DNA of 64,000 nucleotides from a virus. Lineage: Duplodnaviria; Caudoviricetes. Each line of letters starts with the position of its first letter. Position 1 is the first letter of the stretch. The notes beneath the pieces are model-generated. The model had not been told where the DNA came from and searched no databases. It worked only from the letters and a program-made list of their open reading frames with translations. Below, piece after piece: positions 55,997 to 64,000 of this stretch. A program made the position numbers and the translations under genes. The stretch is taken from IMG/VR virus record IMGVR_UViG_3300020336_000004, positions 1 to 64,000 of that record; one strand, written 5' to 3'.

Positions 55997-58048
55997 TTAT
56001 TTTGTAGTAGCAATAAAAACGCCATTCCAGTCTTTGGATAACTTCTGCGTTTTCATATACTCACAACGCTCTATCCACATATCGTAGTATGCCGCCATCT
56101 TTTCATCAAAATGATTGTGCAATAATTCACAACTAGCAATCGCATCATCAAACTTTTGTTCTTTGTAGAACTTGTGCATTTCTTCGTGCTTACGTTTTGC
56201 TGTACGCCACGCAGGTTTAATTCCATCTAACACTGTCCAAATACCAATACCTACAGTTTTTCCTTTAACTGCTAAGTCATCTATTTTTAAATAAAAGAAA
56301 TCGTCTTTAGTTGCTTGATATGTTGCATCGCCTATTAATAAAACACAACCATACTCTTTACACTTGCTTTCGATACGAGCGGCTGTGCTTACAGCATCCC
56401 CGAGAACATCATAACTGTGTCTGGCCGTTGACCCCATTTCACCAAGATAGCCAAGACCAGTATTAATACCGGCACCCATACCAACGGGTGGTCTGCCTTC
56501 ACTTGTAATTTTTTCATTGAACTTCTCCACTGCTTTTAACATATTTAAACCTGTTTCAACGGCTGTACGAGGATGATGTGAATCATCTATAGGTGCATTG
56601 TGTATGTGCATACTAGCATCACCTATATATTTAATAACCATTCCGTCGCTGTCAAGTATAGGTTGTGTAATTGCATCCATATAGCCGTTCATAATTTTAG
56701 TAAGGCCTTTTACATCGTCGCCAAATGATTCACCTAGTGGTGTAAAGCCTCTTAGATCTGAGAAGCAGATTGAAACTTCTTTTTTCATACCTTCTTTAAT
56801 TAGTGCAGGATTTTCTTGAAGTAAACGTACTACTGTTGGTGATGCATATCCTGCAAACTGTTTCTTAATTTTTTGTTTTTCAAAAAATTCTAATACAAAT
56901 CTATTAAACACCGCATGTAATCCAACAAGTAAAACTGTTACTATTGGCATTGTTGCGTCTAACAAATATAAATGTGTTGTCCAAGCATAATAAACAGCAT
57001 AGGCGAGTCCTCCCACAAATACAACTATACTTCCTCCAGCTAACCAGTAAGGTGCAAATCGTCCAAGAAGCACAAGGGCTATGCCCAAGACTGCTGTTGT
57101 GATCAACTCCACCAAGAATGCCCAGTAAGGACGTTCAATTTGATCTCCATCCATAACTGTCTGTAGTGTTACTGCCGCTGGTATATAATTATATTGTGGT
57201 CCTGTTGGACTAGCGATTAATCCGCCTATGCCTTCTGCTGTAATTCCTAAAATTACAGTTTTACCCTCAAACATCCAGAACTGATCTTTATCAGCCGCAC
57301 TTATAGTATCAAAGTCTTTATTCCACCTTAACCATAACTGTGCATTTGGATCTGTTTTTATTATTGGGTAACCCGGAACACGTACTGCTTCAATGCCTCC
57401 GGGACCTGCTTTTACTTGATAACTAGGGTTACCTGTTGCTGTTCTAATTACTTCAATTGCTAAAGTAGGATACGTATTCTCCCCAATACGCATAAGGAGA
57501 GGTACACGTCGAACAACACCGTCTATTTCAGGTGCAGTGTTTAAAACACCTACACCGTCAGCATTTTCTCCTAGCAATGGGATTGGTCCTAACATCCCTG
57601 GCCATTCAAACATATATGGCAAAGGATCTCCTATTTTGGCTACGCCTCTAGGAACAGGATTTTTATTAACAGATGTAGTTCCTGTTTGAGCAATAACTAC
57701 TCCGTTACCTGCAAGTGCTTCGGCTAACTCTATATCCCCGCCTAATCTATCAGGCTCTGAAAAGAGTATAGGCACCACTATGATGCCAGCACCTGCCTCG
57801 CGAAGATTCCAGATTATATCTGCAATAACATCACGCTTCCAAGGCCATTGTCCGTACTTTTCAATGGCAGGTTCGTCAATGGTTACGATACCTATATCTT
57901 GGGATATGGTTGACTGATCAGTGTTTTGAAGTAAGTCAAATTGCTTCAGCCGAGCAGTCTGCACAACAGAGCCATCGTTGTAATGCAAACTTATCATTAT
58001 AAAAGCTGTTACAAAGGCAACAGCCCAATGTGTGATATACTTCGTCAT
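55997..58048 (-). CDS. CHASE2-domain class III adenylate cyclase
   Basis: CHASE2 (IDE...GQWPWKR, DGVVRRVPL), 3 TM helices, FSDLRGFT, KYIGDA, GDAVSTAARIES. Confidence 0.92.
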   Translation of the reverse strand: MTKYITHWAVAFVTAFIMISLHYNDGSVVQTARLKQFDLLQNTDQSTISQDIGIVTIDEPAIEKYGQWPWKRDVIADIIWNLREAGAGIIVVPILFSEPDRLGGDIELAEALAGNGVVIAQTGTTSVNKNPVPRGVAKIGDPLPYMFEWPGMLGPIPLLGENADGVGVLNTAPEIDGVVRRVPLLMRIGENTYPTLAIEVIRTATGNPSYQVKAGPGGIEAVRVPGYPIIKTDPNAQLWLRWNKDFDTISAADKDQFWMFEGKTVILGITAEGIGGLIASPTGPQYNYIPAAVTLQTVMDGDQIERPYWAFLVELITTAVLGIALVLLGRFAPYWLAGGSIVVFVGGLAYAVYYAWTTHLYLLDATMPIVTVLLVGLHAVFNRFVLEFFEKQKIKKQFAGYASPTVVRLLQENPALIKEGMKKEVSICFSDLRGFTPLGESFGDDVKGLTKIMNGYMDAITQPILDSDGMVIKYIGDASMHIHNAPIDDSHHPRTAVETGLNMLKAVEKFNEKITSEGRPPVGMGAGINTGLGYLGEMGSTARHSYDVLGDAVSTAARIESKCKEYGCVLLIGDATYQATKDDFFYLKIDDLAVKGKTVGIGIWTVLDGIKPAWRTAKRKHEEMHKFYKEQKFDDAIASCELLHNHFDEKMAAYYDMWIERCEYMKTQKLSKDWNGVFIATTK

Positions 58049-58063
58049 ACTGTATTTATCGTA

Positions 58064-58324
58064 CTATTTGTTTGTAATTTTTCCTATAGCTTCTTTTGTC
58101 CATTTATTGCCTCGAAAGTCACGATCTTTAAATGGCATCGCTGGTCGTTCAACATATAAAGTTTTAGGACATTGATATTGTTTTAGCGTACTAGCAAATT
58201 CTCTACTACTATCTTTGCATGTATAGAAGCACATAATATCTTCTTTTACTATTTCTTTGTGTACTATAGAGCAGGACATCATTCCTGCCATTGCTAATTC
58301 AATGATCATATATTTTTGGCCCAT
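58064..58324 (-). CDS. Small Cys-rich hypothetical protein
   Basis: Four-Cys pattern. Confidence 0.5.
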   Translation of the reverse strand: MGQKYMIIELAMAGMMSCSIVHKEIVKEDIMCFYTCKDSSREFASTLKQYQCPKTLYVERPAMPFKDRDFRGNKWTKEAIGKITNK

Positions 58325-58517
58325 CTTGCACTTTAACTGGTTTACAGTATGCAGTTACTCTGTGTTCTTTAGGTACTAAGTAGCTGTGTGAATAGTTTCC
58401 GTATTGTCTAGGTATACGTTTAGCATAATATTGACATACATCTATACTTCTAAAATACATAGGTGAAGGTTGTAAGTCACCACCTATTAATACTACTAAC
58501 ATAAACGCATGTATCAT
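58299..58517 (-). CDS. Small hypothetical protein
   Basis: MYFRSIDVCQYYA...TAYCKP. Confidence 0.55.
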   Translation of the reverse strand: MIHAFMLVVLIGGDLQPSPMYFRSIDVCQYYAKRIPRQYGNYSHSYLVPKEHRVTAYCKPVKVQDGPKIYDH

Positions 58518-58822
58518 TTTGTAAGTCTATCCCATTGGTTTTTTGATCTTGATTTCTTAGGTTTTTCATTTGACCAATTTTCTTTTACTTTTTGTGGATC
58601 TTGTGTAACTTTTTCTTTTTGTTCAAGTCTGTATTTTACTTTTTCACGTTGTTCAAGTTGGGCTTTGAACATTTCTCTAACTTCTGGTGCGTTATTAGTT
58701 TCTCTTAAAAACTGCATTATACCACTCCAACTATTTCCCATAAACAATATCTTACCGTCTTTGTATAGAATTCCTTTGTTATTTTGGTTGTAATATTCTA
58801 GGTTACTATAAACATACCACAA
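58514..58822 (-). CDS. Hypothetical protein
   Basis: 102-aa ORF filling the gap between neighbours. Confidence 0.45.
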   Translation of the reverse strand: MWYVYSNLEYYNQNNKGILYKDGKILFMGNSWSGIMQFLRETNNAPEVREMFKAQLEQREKVKYRLEQKEKVTQDPQKVKENWSNEKPKKSRSKNQWDRLTK

Positions 58823-59305
58823 TTAGATCATTCCTCTAGCCTTTGCTATAAAATACACCATACCAATTAACATAGTAGCACCAATTACTAGTAATATTAC
58901 AATAGCAACTCCGTTTACTATTGCTTGTTTAGCCTCTGCGGCTGCATAAACATCACGCTCACGTTGAGCTCTAATTTTACGTTGCATTTCTTTTAGTTCA
59001 TCCCATGTACCAAAACCAAAGCGATAGTTTAACATTGTCTGTAACTCTTTCTCCATCTCCATGATTTTCTTTTCATGTATTAATAGATTAAGTGCTTCTT
59101 CTTCTACTGACCCTGCTGCTAGTAGTTTTTTAAATATAGGTGGTTTCTTCTGCATCTGCTGGCCTTTGCGGAAGTCACTAACAGCGCCATACCACTTGCC
59201 CATTTGTCCCATACAGTTTTCAAATTCTTGACCAGCATGTACAAACTTTTTAACTGTGTTGAATGCTGTTGTTGCCGCGGCTACGGCTGTGAATGGATCG
59301 ATCAA
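58823..59305 (-). CDS. Hypothetical protein with C-terminal TM helix
   Basis: MIDPFTAVAAA N-terminus; late motif CTAAATA at 59346-59352. Confidence 0.6.
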   Translation of the reverse strand: MIDPFTAVAAATTAFNTVKKFVHAGQEFENCMGQMGKWYGAVSDFRKGQQMQKKPPIFKKLLAAGSVEEEALNLLIHEKKIMEMEKELQTMLNYRFGFGTWDELKEMQRKIRAQRERDVYAAAEAKQAIVNGVAIVILLVIGATMLIGMVYFIAKARGMI

Positions 59306-59361
59306 TACGCCCTACTTTCTACAGGAGCCCATACCTGCTTACACGTATTTAGTTTTTGAAA

Positions 59362-60396
59362 TTAATTTTGGGTGATGATTAGTCCGCAACCGTAAGCGGT
59401 TGCACATGTACCTGTGATGTTATATGTTTGGTTAGTGTTAGCAGTTTGATCTAAATCTAATGTGTAGCCACCGCCTGAGTTTGTTAAATCAATATTTGCA
59501 GTGTGTGATCCATATCTTTGATATACATCAACTGTGTGTCCGTCATCTAAAACTATATCTGCAAATTGCGTGTTACTGTTACCTCTTTGTAATACTTCAA
59601 CATTATTATTGTCACCAGTAATTTCTACAAAACCATTATGATCACCTGCACCACGCTGTGTATGTTTTACATCGTTGTTATCACCTGTAACATAATTTGC
59701 AATATGCTGTCCGCCATTGCCGTTATCGTCTGTTTGATAACTTGCAAGATTATTGTTACTACCGCTAACAATCCAATACACATCATTGTTGCCAGTTTCA
59801 TCATTATCTATTGAGCCATCTTCGTGCTTGCCTTGCCATGCTTTTACATTGTTGTTGCTACCATTTACTGTAACTCTATTGACGTTGTTGCTTTGTTTAT
59901 GTACTTGTACGTCTATACTATTTGTACTGCCGTTTTGTACTTCAGTGTAAAGTGTGTTGCTATCGCCGTCATTAATAGTTACGCTAATTTGATTATTGAT
60001 ATCGCTACCATTACCTATTTCAGTATGAGTAACATTACTATCTCCATCAATAGCAACTGACATGTCGTTATTGTTACCGTGGTTGTCCATTGCACTAACA
60101 TTTGAATTACCATCTTGTATAAGTGACATCACTTGGTTAGTACCATTTGTCCAGAAACCTGCTCTATTATTGTTACCTTGTTGTGTTACTGTAAATGTTT
60201 TGTTGCTTCCGTTTATACTTGCATCGCCACTAGTTGTGTTAAGACTGCGGATACTATTGTTTTGACCGTCTTGCACAATATCTATATCAACATTATCGCC
60301 AACTTGATTTACGTAAATTTCGTTCGCGTAACAGGCTTGGGCACTAAAGTATAATACCATTACTAAGATTCCTAAATGTGTTCCTGTTATTTTCAT
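59362..60396 (-). CDS. Curlin-like (CsgA/CsgB-type) repeat protein
   Basis: Signal peptide, many QxGxxN repeats (QQGNNN, QDGNSN, QRGNSN). Confidence 0.75.
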   Translation of the reverse strand: MKITGTHLGILVMVLYFSAQACYANEIYVNQVGDNVDIDIVQDGQNNSIRSLNTTSGDASINGSNKTFTVTQQGNNNRAGFWTNGTNQVMSLIQDGNSNVSAMDNHGNNNDMSVAIDGDSNVTHTEIGNGSDINNQISVTINDGDSNTLYTEVQNGSTNSIDVQVHKQSNNVNRVTVNGSNNNVKAWQGKHEDGSIDNDETGNNDVYWIVSGSNNNLASYQTDDNGNGGQHIANYVTGDNNDVKHTQRGAGDHNGFVEITGDNNNVEVLQRGNSNTQFADIVLDDGHTVDVYQRYGSHTANIDLTNSGGGYTLDLDQTANTNQTYNITGTCATAYGCGLIITQN

Positions 60397-61517
60397 TAGT
60401 TATTACTTTGATAAATGTCTATATTATTAGGACCATTTCCAATTCTATAGTCAATTAATTCAAAATCTCCTTGTTGTAAATTAATAGTATATCCGCCTGA
60501 TGATTTATGTAACTTTAATTTTACGTTATTTGTGCCTACATTATCGTATCTTTCAAATACATAATGAGGATCTTCATCTGTTATTCGCACACCTGTTGCT
60601 GAATCAAATCCTAACCTTACTCCTGCAAAGTCAGTTTTTTGTTTTTCAAACTCGTCTTTAAATAGTGCGGCTAACTGTATATTTAACTGTTCTAAAATAT
60701 CTATTAACAGATCACCTAACATAAAATCAGTTTCATCAAGTTCAGTGTGCCAAATTTCTTCATCAGTTTGCCACACATCTATATCTAATCCATCAAATTC
60801 TAAAAAGTCAATGCCTAATATATCTGCTGCTTGTCTTTGTGCCTTTTTCCATTCTTCTTCATCTTCAACCCATGGTAATTTCTTACGTAGGATTAAAAGT
60901 GTATCAATCATATTTTCGTCTACATCTATAATTCGTGGCTTACTTGGAGGTTGTGCTCCATGAGTTGTTGATGTTGCCTGGAATGCTTGATTAAGTATAA
61001 CTTGTCCTACATCAGTATCAACTGTAATTTCGCCAACATAGCAACGACCACTTGTATCGCAACTAGGTAACAAGGTAATTAAACTTCCACCAATTTCATC
61101 TACTACCATCACAAAGTCTGTACCACGTACACCAATAGTAGCACTAGGTGTTCTTATCTGGACATTTTGCTTATATTTTTTAGCAATTTGTCCAGATGCG
61201 TACCTTACTGTTCCTAATGACGCTTTTATAGATAAGGAACCAATGTCATTAGCTGGATCATAGACAAACTCATCAATAATAAGTTTACTATGTTCAGTAA
61301 TATCCACACGGGTTTCATCTATGAAGTCTATTCGCATGGTTCCATTAGTTGTAACTGCTGAGTCTAAGCTCTCTACTTGAGTGCCAACACCAGAGCCAAT
61401 TACATCTTGGCCACGTTCTATAACTCCATTTCCTTTTTGATCCGCTATCTGACCTATATTTGCAAACGCTAAATTAGTCCAGAATGCCGCGATCAATAAA
61501 CAAAACAATATCCTCAC
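60396..61517 (-). CDS. Secreted FecR-domain protein
   Basis: Signal peptide, IDFIDETRV...IRTPSATIGVRGTDF. Confidence 0.85.
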   Translation of the reverse strand: MRILFCLLIAAFWTNLAFANIGQIADQKGNGVIERGQDVIGSGVGTQVESLDSAVTTNGTMRIDFIDETRVDITEHSKLIIDEFVYDPANDIGSLSIKASLGTVRYASGQIAKKYKQNVQIRTPSATIGVRGTDFVMVVDEIGGSLITLLPSCDTSGRCYVGEITVDTDVGQVILNQAFQATSTTHGAQPPSKPRIIDVDENMIDTLLILRKKLPWVEDEEEWKKAQRQAADILGIDFLEFDGLDIDVWQTDEEIWHTELDETDFMLGDLLIDILEQLNIQLAALFKDEFEKQKTDFAGVRLGFDSATGVRITDEDPHYVFERYDNVGTNNVKLKLHKSSGGYTINLQQGDFELIDYRIGNGPNNIDIYQSNN

Positions 61518-61519
61518 AA

Positions 61520-62230
61520 TTAATCGCTTTGCGTAATATCTATAGTACTACCACTGGTTTGCATGTTCAAATCAATAGTCTGGTCTTGTGCTGTACCACT
61601 TTGGTTAATGTTAATAGTGTTTCCACCACCAACTAAAGCCATTGTTTGATTTTGACCTGTTAAACCTGAATCATCAACATCAACTGTAATAGTGTTAGCT
61701 GTATTTAAACTTGCACCACTTCCTACACTATTATCAATTGTGTAAGTTAATGCTAAGTCTGTACCATCTAAGTTCATAGCAAGTATGTTACCATTACCAT
61801 CAATATCTAGATTAACATTAGTATTGTCAGCATCAGCATTTTCACCAATATACAAATCTAAGTTTGTGCTATCGCCGTCGATATCAATTGTTGCTGTTAC
61901 ACTTTCACAGTTTCCTGCTGAAGTACTAGAACATTTGAAATCTATGTCGTTGCTGTTTCCTGTAGCAGACCAAGTACCTGTATAACTTGTACCTTTAATT
62001 AATGCAGAGACAATGTTATTATTACCTACTTGACTAATATTAAAAGTCATACTGGCTCCATCTAAATCAACTGCTGTTACACTTGTACCTATCACGTTGC
62101 CTACACCGTCTTGAGTAATATCTAAATCTAAAGTATCACCTACCTGTGTGATGTAGATATCATTTGCTGACGCTATAGTAACAAAGCTGAATAATACTAA
62201 GGTTAAAAGTCCTTTGTACATTCTATTCAT
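61520..62230 (-). CDS. Curlin-like repeat protein 2 (start MNRMYK)
   Basis: Signal peptide, ANDIYITQVGD...QDG, QVGNNN repeats. Confidence 0.7.
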   Translation of the reverse strand: MNRMYKGLLTLVLFSFVTIASANDIYITQVGDTLDLDITQDGVGNVIGTSVTAVDLDGASMTFNISQVGNNNIVSALIKGTSYTGTWSATGNSNDIDFKCSSTSAGNCESVTATIDIDGDSTNLDLYIGENADADNTNVNLDIDGNGNILAMNLDGTDLALTYTIDNSVGSGASLNTANTITVDVDDSGLTGQNQTMALVGGGNTININQSGTAQDQTIDLNMQTSGSTIDITQSD

Positions 62231-63167
62231 TTTTATCCCTCTTCTTATCGGAGAGCTCTTCGTCATCTTCTAAATCAAGCAATAGTTGATCACATTCATC
62301 ATCAGAATCACAGTAAATTTCTGCATCCTTTTTGATCACTTCTTTATCAATATATTGTTTGTTTTTAAATTTCCAAAGACCATCTCTCTCTCCTTGGTTT
62401 ATAATCTCAATCACGCCTGCCTCAATGGCTGCCCTTACTGCGTAATTGACCGGTTCGTTAACGGAATAACCCGTTTCTGCTTCAACTGCCTTTGTACCCA
62501 TATCTAAAAATTTGAATACATCTGCTCCAGAACGGGACGATGCGATAACCTTCTCAGTAGCAATACTCATTAGTACTTTTCCACTACTTACAGAAACTAA
62601 TCTCATCACCACCGTGACAGTATCAATTCGATATTCGGTTTGAGCCGCTATACCCAAATATCTTGCACCAGCACCTCCTGTGGCAACATTGCTATCATAA
62701 CCAACAATGCCACCCTCTAACAATAACCCTGCAAATAGCATAGGTTTAAGAGGCAATGGGCCTTTTGGTAAAGTTTTTTCATACTGCTCCCTTGTGGAAC
62801 GTATTAACTGTCGCTCCTTCACCAAATTATCTAATCCTACACGTTCCACTACTTGGAACCATGTTCCGTTTCCTACATCTTGTAATGCTTTTATAACCCA
62901 TACTTCACTTCCTTGCGAAACTGCTGAGCTTAGGTTAGCAATATTACTTGCAGGTTTACGTTGTCCTGTTTTATCTGAAAAACTATATACTGCTACTGTA
63001 ATAACTGGGCCATCTAATTCTGGCACTGAAATTAGTGCATCTTTTAGTGGTGCTGTTTGAACAGTAGGATCCCAACTACTTTCTTTAGCATAATCAACCA
63101 TATTGGGACTAATAGCACACCCTGTTGCTAGTAAACTAAAAACTAATGATGCTAGAATACGCTTCAT
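62223..63167 (-). CDS. csgG: Curli secretion channel CsgG
   Basis: Lipobox LATGC, VAVYSFSDKTGQRK, SSAVSQG, VERVGLDNLVKERQLIR, EGGIVGYD, NEPV. Confidence 0.92.
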   Translation of the reverse strand: MKRILASLVFSLLATGCAISPNMVDYAKESSWDPTVQTAPLKDALISVPELDGPVITVAVYSFSDKTGQRKPASNIANLSSAVSQGSEVWVIKALQDVGNGTWFQVVERVGLDNLVKERQLIRSTREQYEKTLPKGPLPLKPMLFAGLLLEGGIVGYDSNVATGGAGARYLGIAAQTEYRIDTVTVVMRLVSVSSGKVLMSIATEKVIASSRSGADVFKFLDMGTKAVEAETGYSVNEPVNYAVRAAIEAGVIEIINQGERDGLWKFKNKQYIDKEVIKKDAEIYCDSDDECDQLLLDLEDDEELSDKKRDKNE

Positions 63168-63170
63168 GAT

Positions 63171-63662
63171 TTAGAATCCAAATTCTCCCGCTCCTGGGAT
63201 AGTAATTTCAGTTACTGAGCCGTTCTCATCTATAATAGTAAGAGTGATACTTCCTGTTACTGCATCTCTAAGCCATGTTATAGTAGAACCTTCTATAGTT
63301 GCAACTCCAGTTGTTGGTTGTGAACATATACCTGCAGCTTGATCTGCGGCTGGACAAGTTGTAAACATGCTATCTACCATCTGTTTGGAAATTTGTGCAT
63401 AAATCCTAGATTCTAAGTTTTTAATAAATTTATTTAAAGTTGTATTTTCTAGTTCTCTTTGAACTCTTTGAGCTTCAGCTCTACGAAAATCTTCTAATTC
63501 TTTTTTCCTATTATGCTGTAACTGCTCAACACTCAACACATGAGTAGAGTACCCGTTACCATAATGGAACGCAGGGTTCTTAAAACCCCATACAATTTCT
63601 GTTGCAGCCGCACCTGAATATAACATTGCTATGGATACGAATGCAAGGACTTTCATCTTCAT
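63171..63662 (-). CDS. csgF: Curli assembly protein CsgF
   Basis: Signal peptide then EIVWGFKNPAF, FIKNLESRI, GSVTEITIP; SD GGAG. Confidence 0.85.
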   Translation of the reverse strand: MKMKVLAFVSIAMLYSGAAATEIVWGFKNPAFHYGNGYSTHVLSVEQLQHNRKKELEDFRRAEAQRVQRELENTTLNKFIKNLESRIYAQISKQMVDSMFTTCPAADQAAGICSQPTTGVATIEGSTITWLRDAVTGSITLTIIDENGSVTEITIPGAGEFGF

Positions 63663-63712
63663 ATTTCTCTCCGAATATAAACGTAAATTTACGTCCATTT
63701 TGCTTTCAGTTG

Positions 63713-63720
63713 TATTTATC
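63713..63720 (-). promoter_or_regulatory. Late promoter motif upstream of the csgF operon
   Basis: GATAAATA. Confidence 0.55.
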
Positions 63721-63803
63721 GCAACAGTCTGATAATAAACTGGTTACAAAATTTTGACGGTCACATTAATTTGTACCGTAGAATTGTTGGAAAATTGACG
63801 GAA

Positions 63804-64000
63804 CTAGATTCTAAATTCCATTTGAGGGTGTACTTCTTGGTCTGGACCATATAGTAGCGGTTGCTGGGCTTTAAGAACTCCACTTACTGCTTCAGCATCT
63901 GTAAAATATAAACTGTGTCGTTTAGGGCCGTCTAACAATAACATTGTTTCAAACTTACTCATAGTTTTATAATTTTGAAAACTTGCAAGTCCCCATTCGT
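63804..64000 (-). CDS. Partial CDS entering from the right edge
   Basis: Open frame EWGLASFQNYKTMSKFE...MEFRI*. Confidence 0.4.
   Translation of the reverse strand, partial: EWGLASFQNYKTMSKFETMLLLDGPKRHSLYFTDAEAVSGVLKAQQPLLYGPDQEVHPQMEFRI

Noticed and set aside
669-63060. Numerous + strand ORFs in the track (e.g. 2536..2928, 23629..24213, 45790..46323, 62707..63060)
   Set aside because: They are antisense shadows of well-supported minus-strand genes, with no SD or recognisable motifs.
63745-63770. CRP site linking cAMP to csgF expression
   Set aside because: A TCACA half-site is present but there is no TGTGA half-site at the 6-nt spacing.
1-64000. Stop-codon reassignment as seen in some large phages
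   Set aside because: Known genes are full length in the standard code, TAA, TAG and TGA all end genes, and no suppressor anticodon was found.

Overview
A 64-kb segment of a large, AT-rich, T4-like (probably jumbo) myophage genome, most likely infecting a marine proteobacterium. Genes are densely packed, almost all on the minus strand, and read in the standard code. From left to right: candidate capsid-internal proteins with T4 CTS-like N-termini; ClpA, peptide deformylase and DnaJ; cytochrome c, IscU and IscS; a lysis cassette (GH19 endolysin, a Ser-less ACP, i-/o-spanins); PhoH, a DNA methyltransferase, ThyX, ferredoxin, clamp loader, exonuclease, MazG, GroES and a DnaE fragment; baseplate/tail-fibre genes; IscA, UvsE, PMM, a glycosyltransferase and QueD; DNA ligase; five tRNAs; ClpP, IF-1 and peroxiredoxin; and a curli-like CsgF/CsgG/curlin + FecR + CHASE2 cyclase module. 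The most striking feature is non-coding. A complete trp-style transcription attenuator (sigma70 promoter, 19-codon leader peptide with AUA-CGA-AUA-AUA-UGU-UGG control codons, 1:2/2:3/3:4 hairpins, U7 terminator) sits directly in front of exactly two tRNA genes, tRNA-Trp(CCA) and an unusual long-arm tRNA-Ile(UAU). These are the tRNAs that read the control codons, so this looks like a tRNA-shortage sensor that switches on replacement phage tRNAs. Other highlights are a preQ1-I-like RNA element in the queD leader, an ACP with Asp at the phosphopantetheine Ser, a tRNA-Arg nested in frame in a CDS, and probable leaderless late transcripts. All calls come from reading motifs by eye; no database search or folding program was run.
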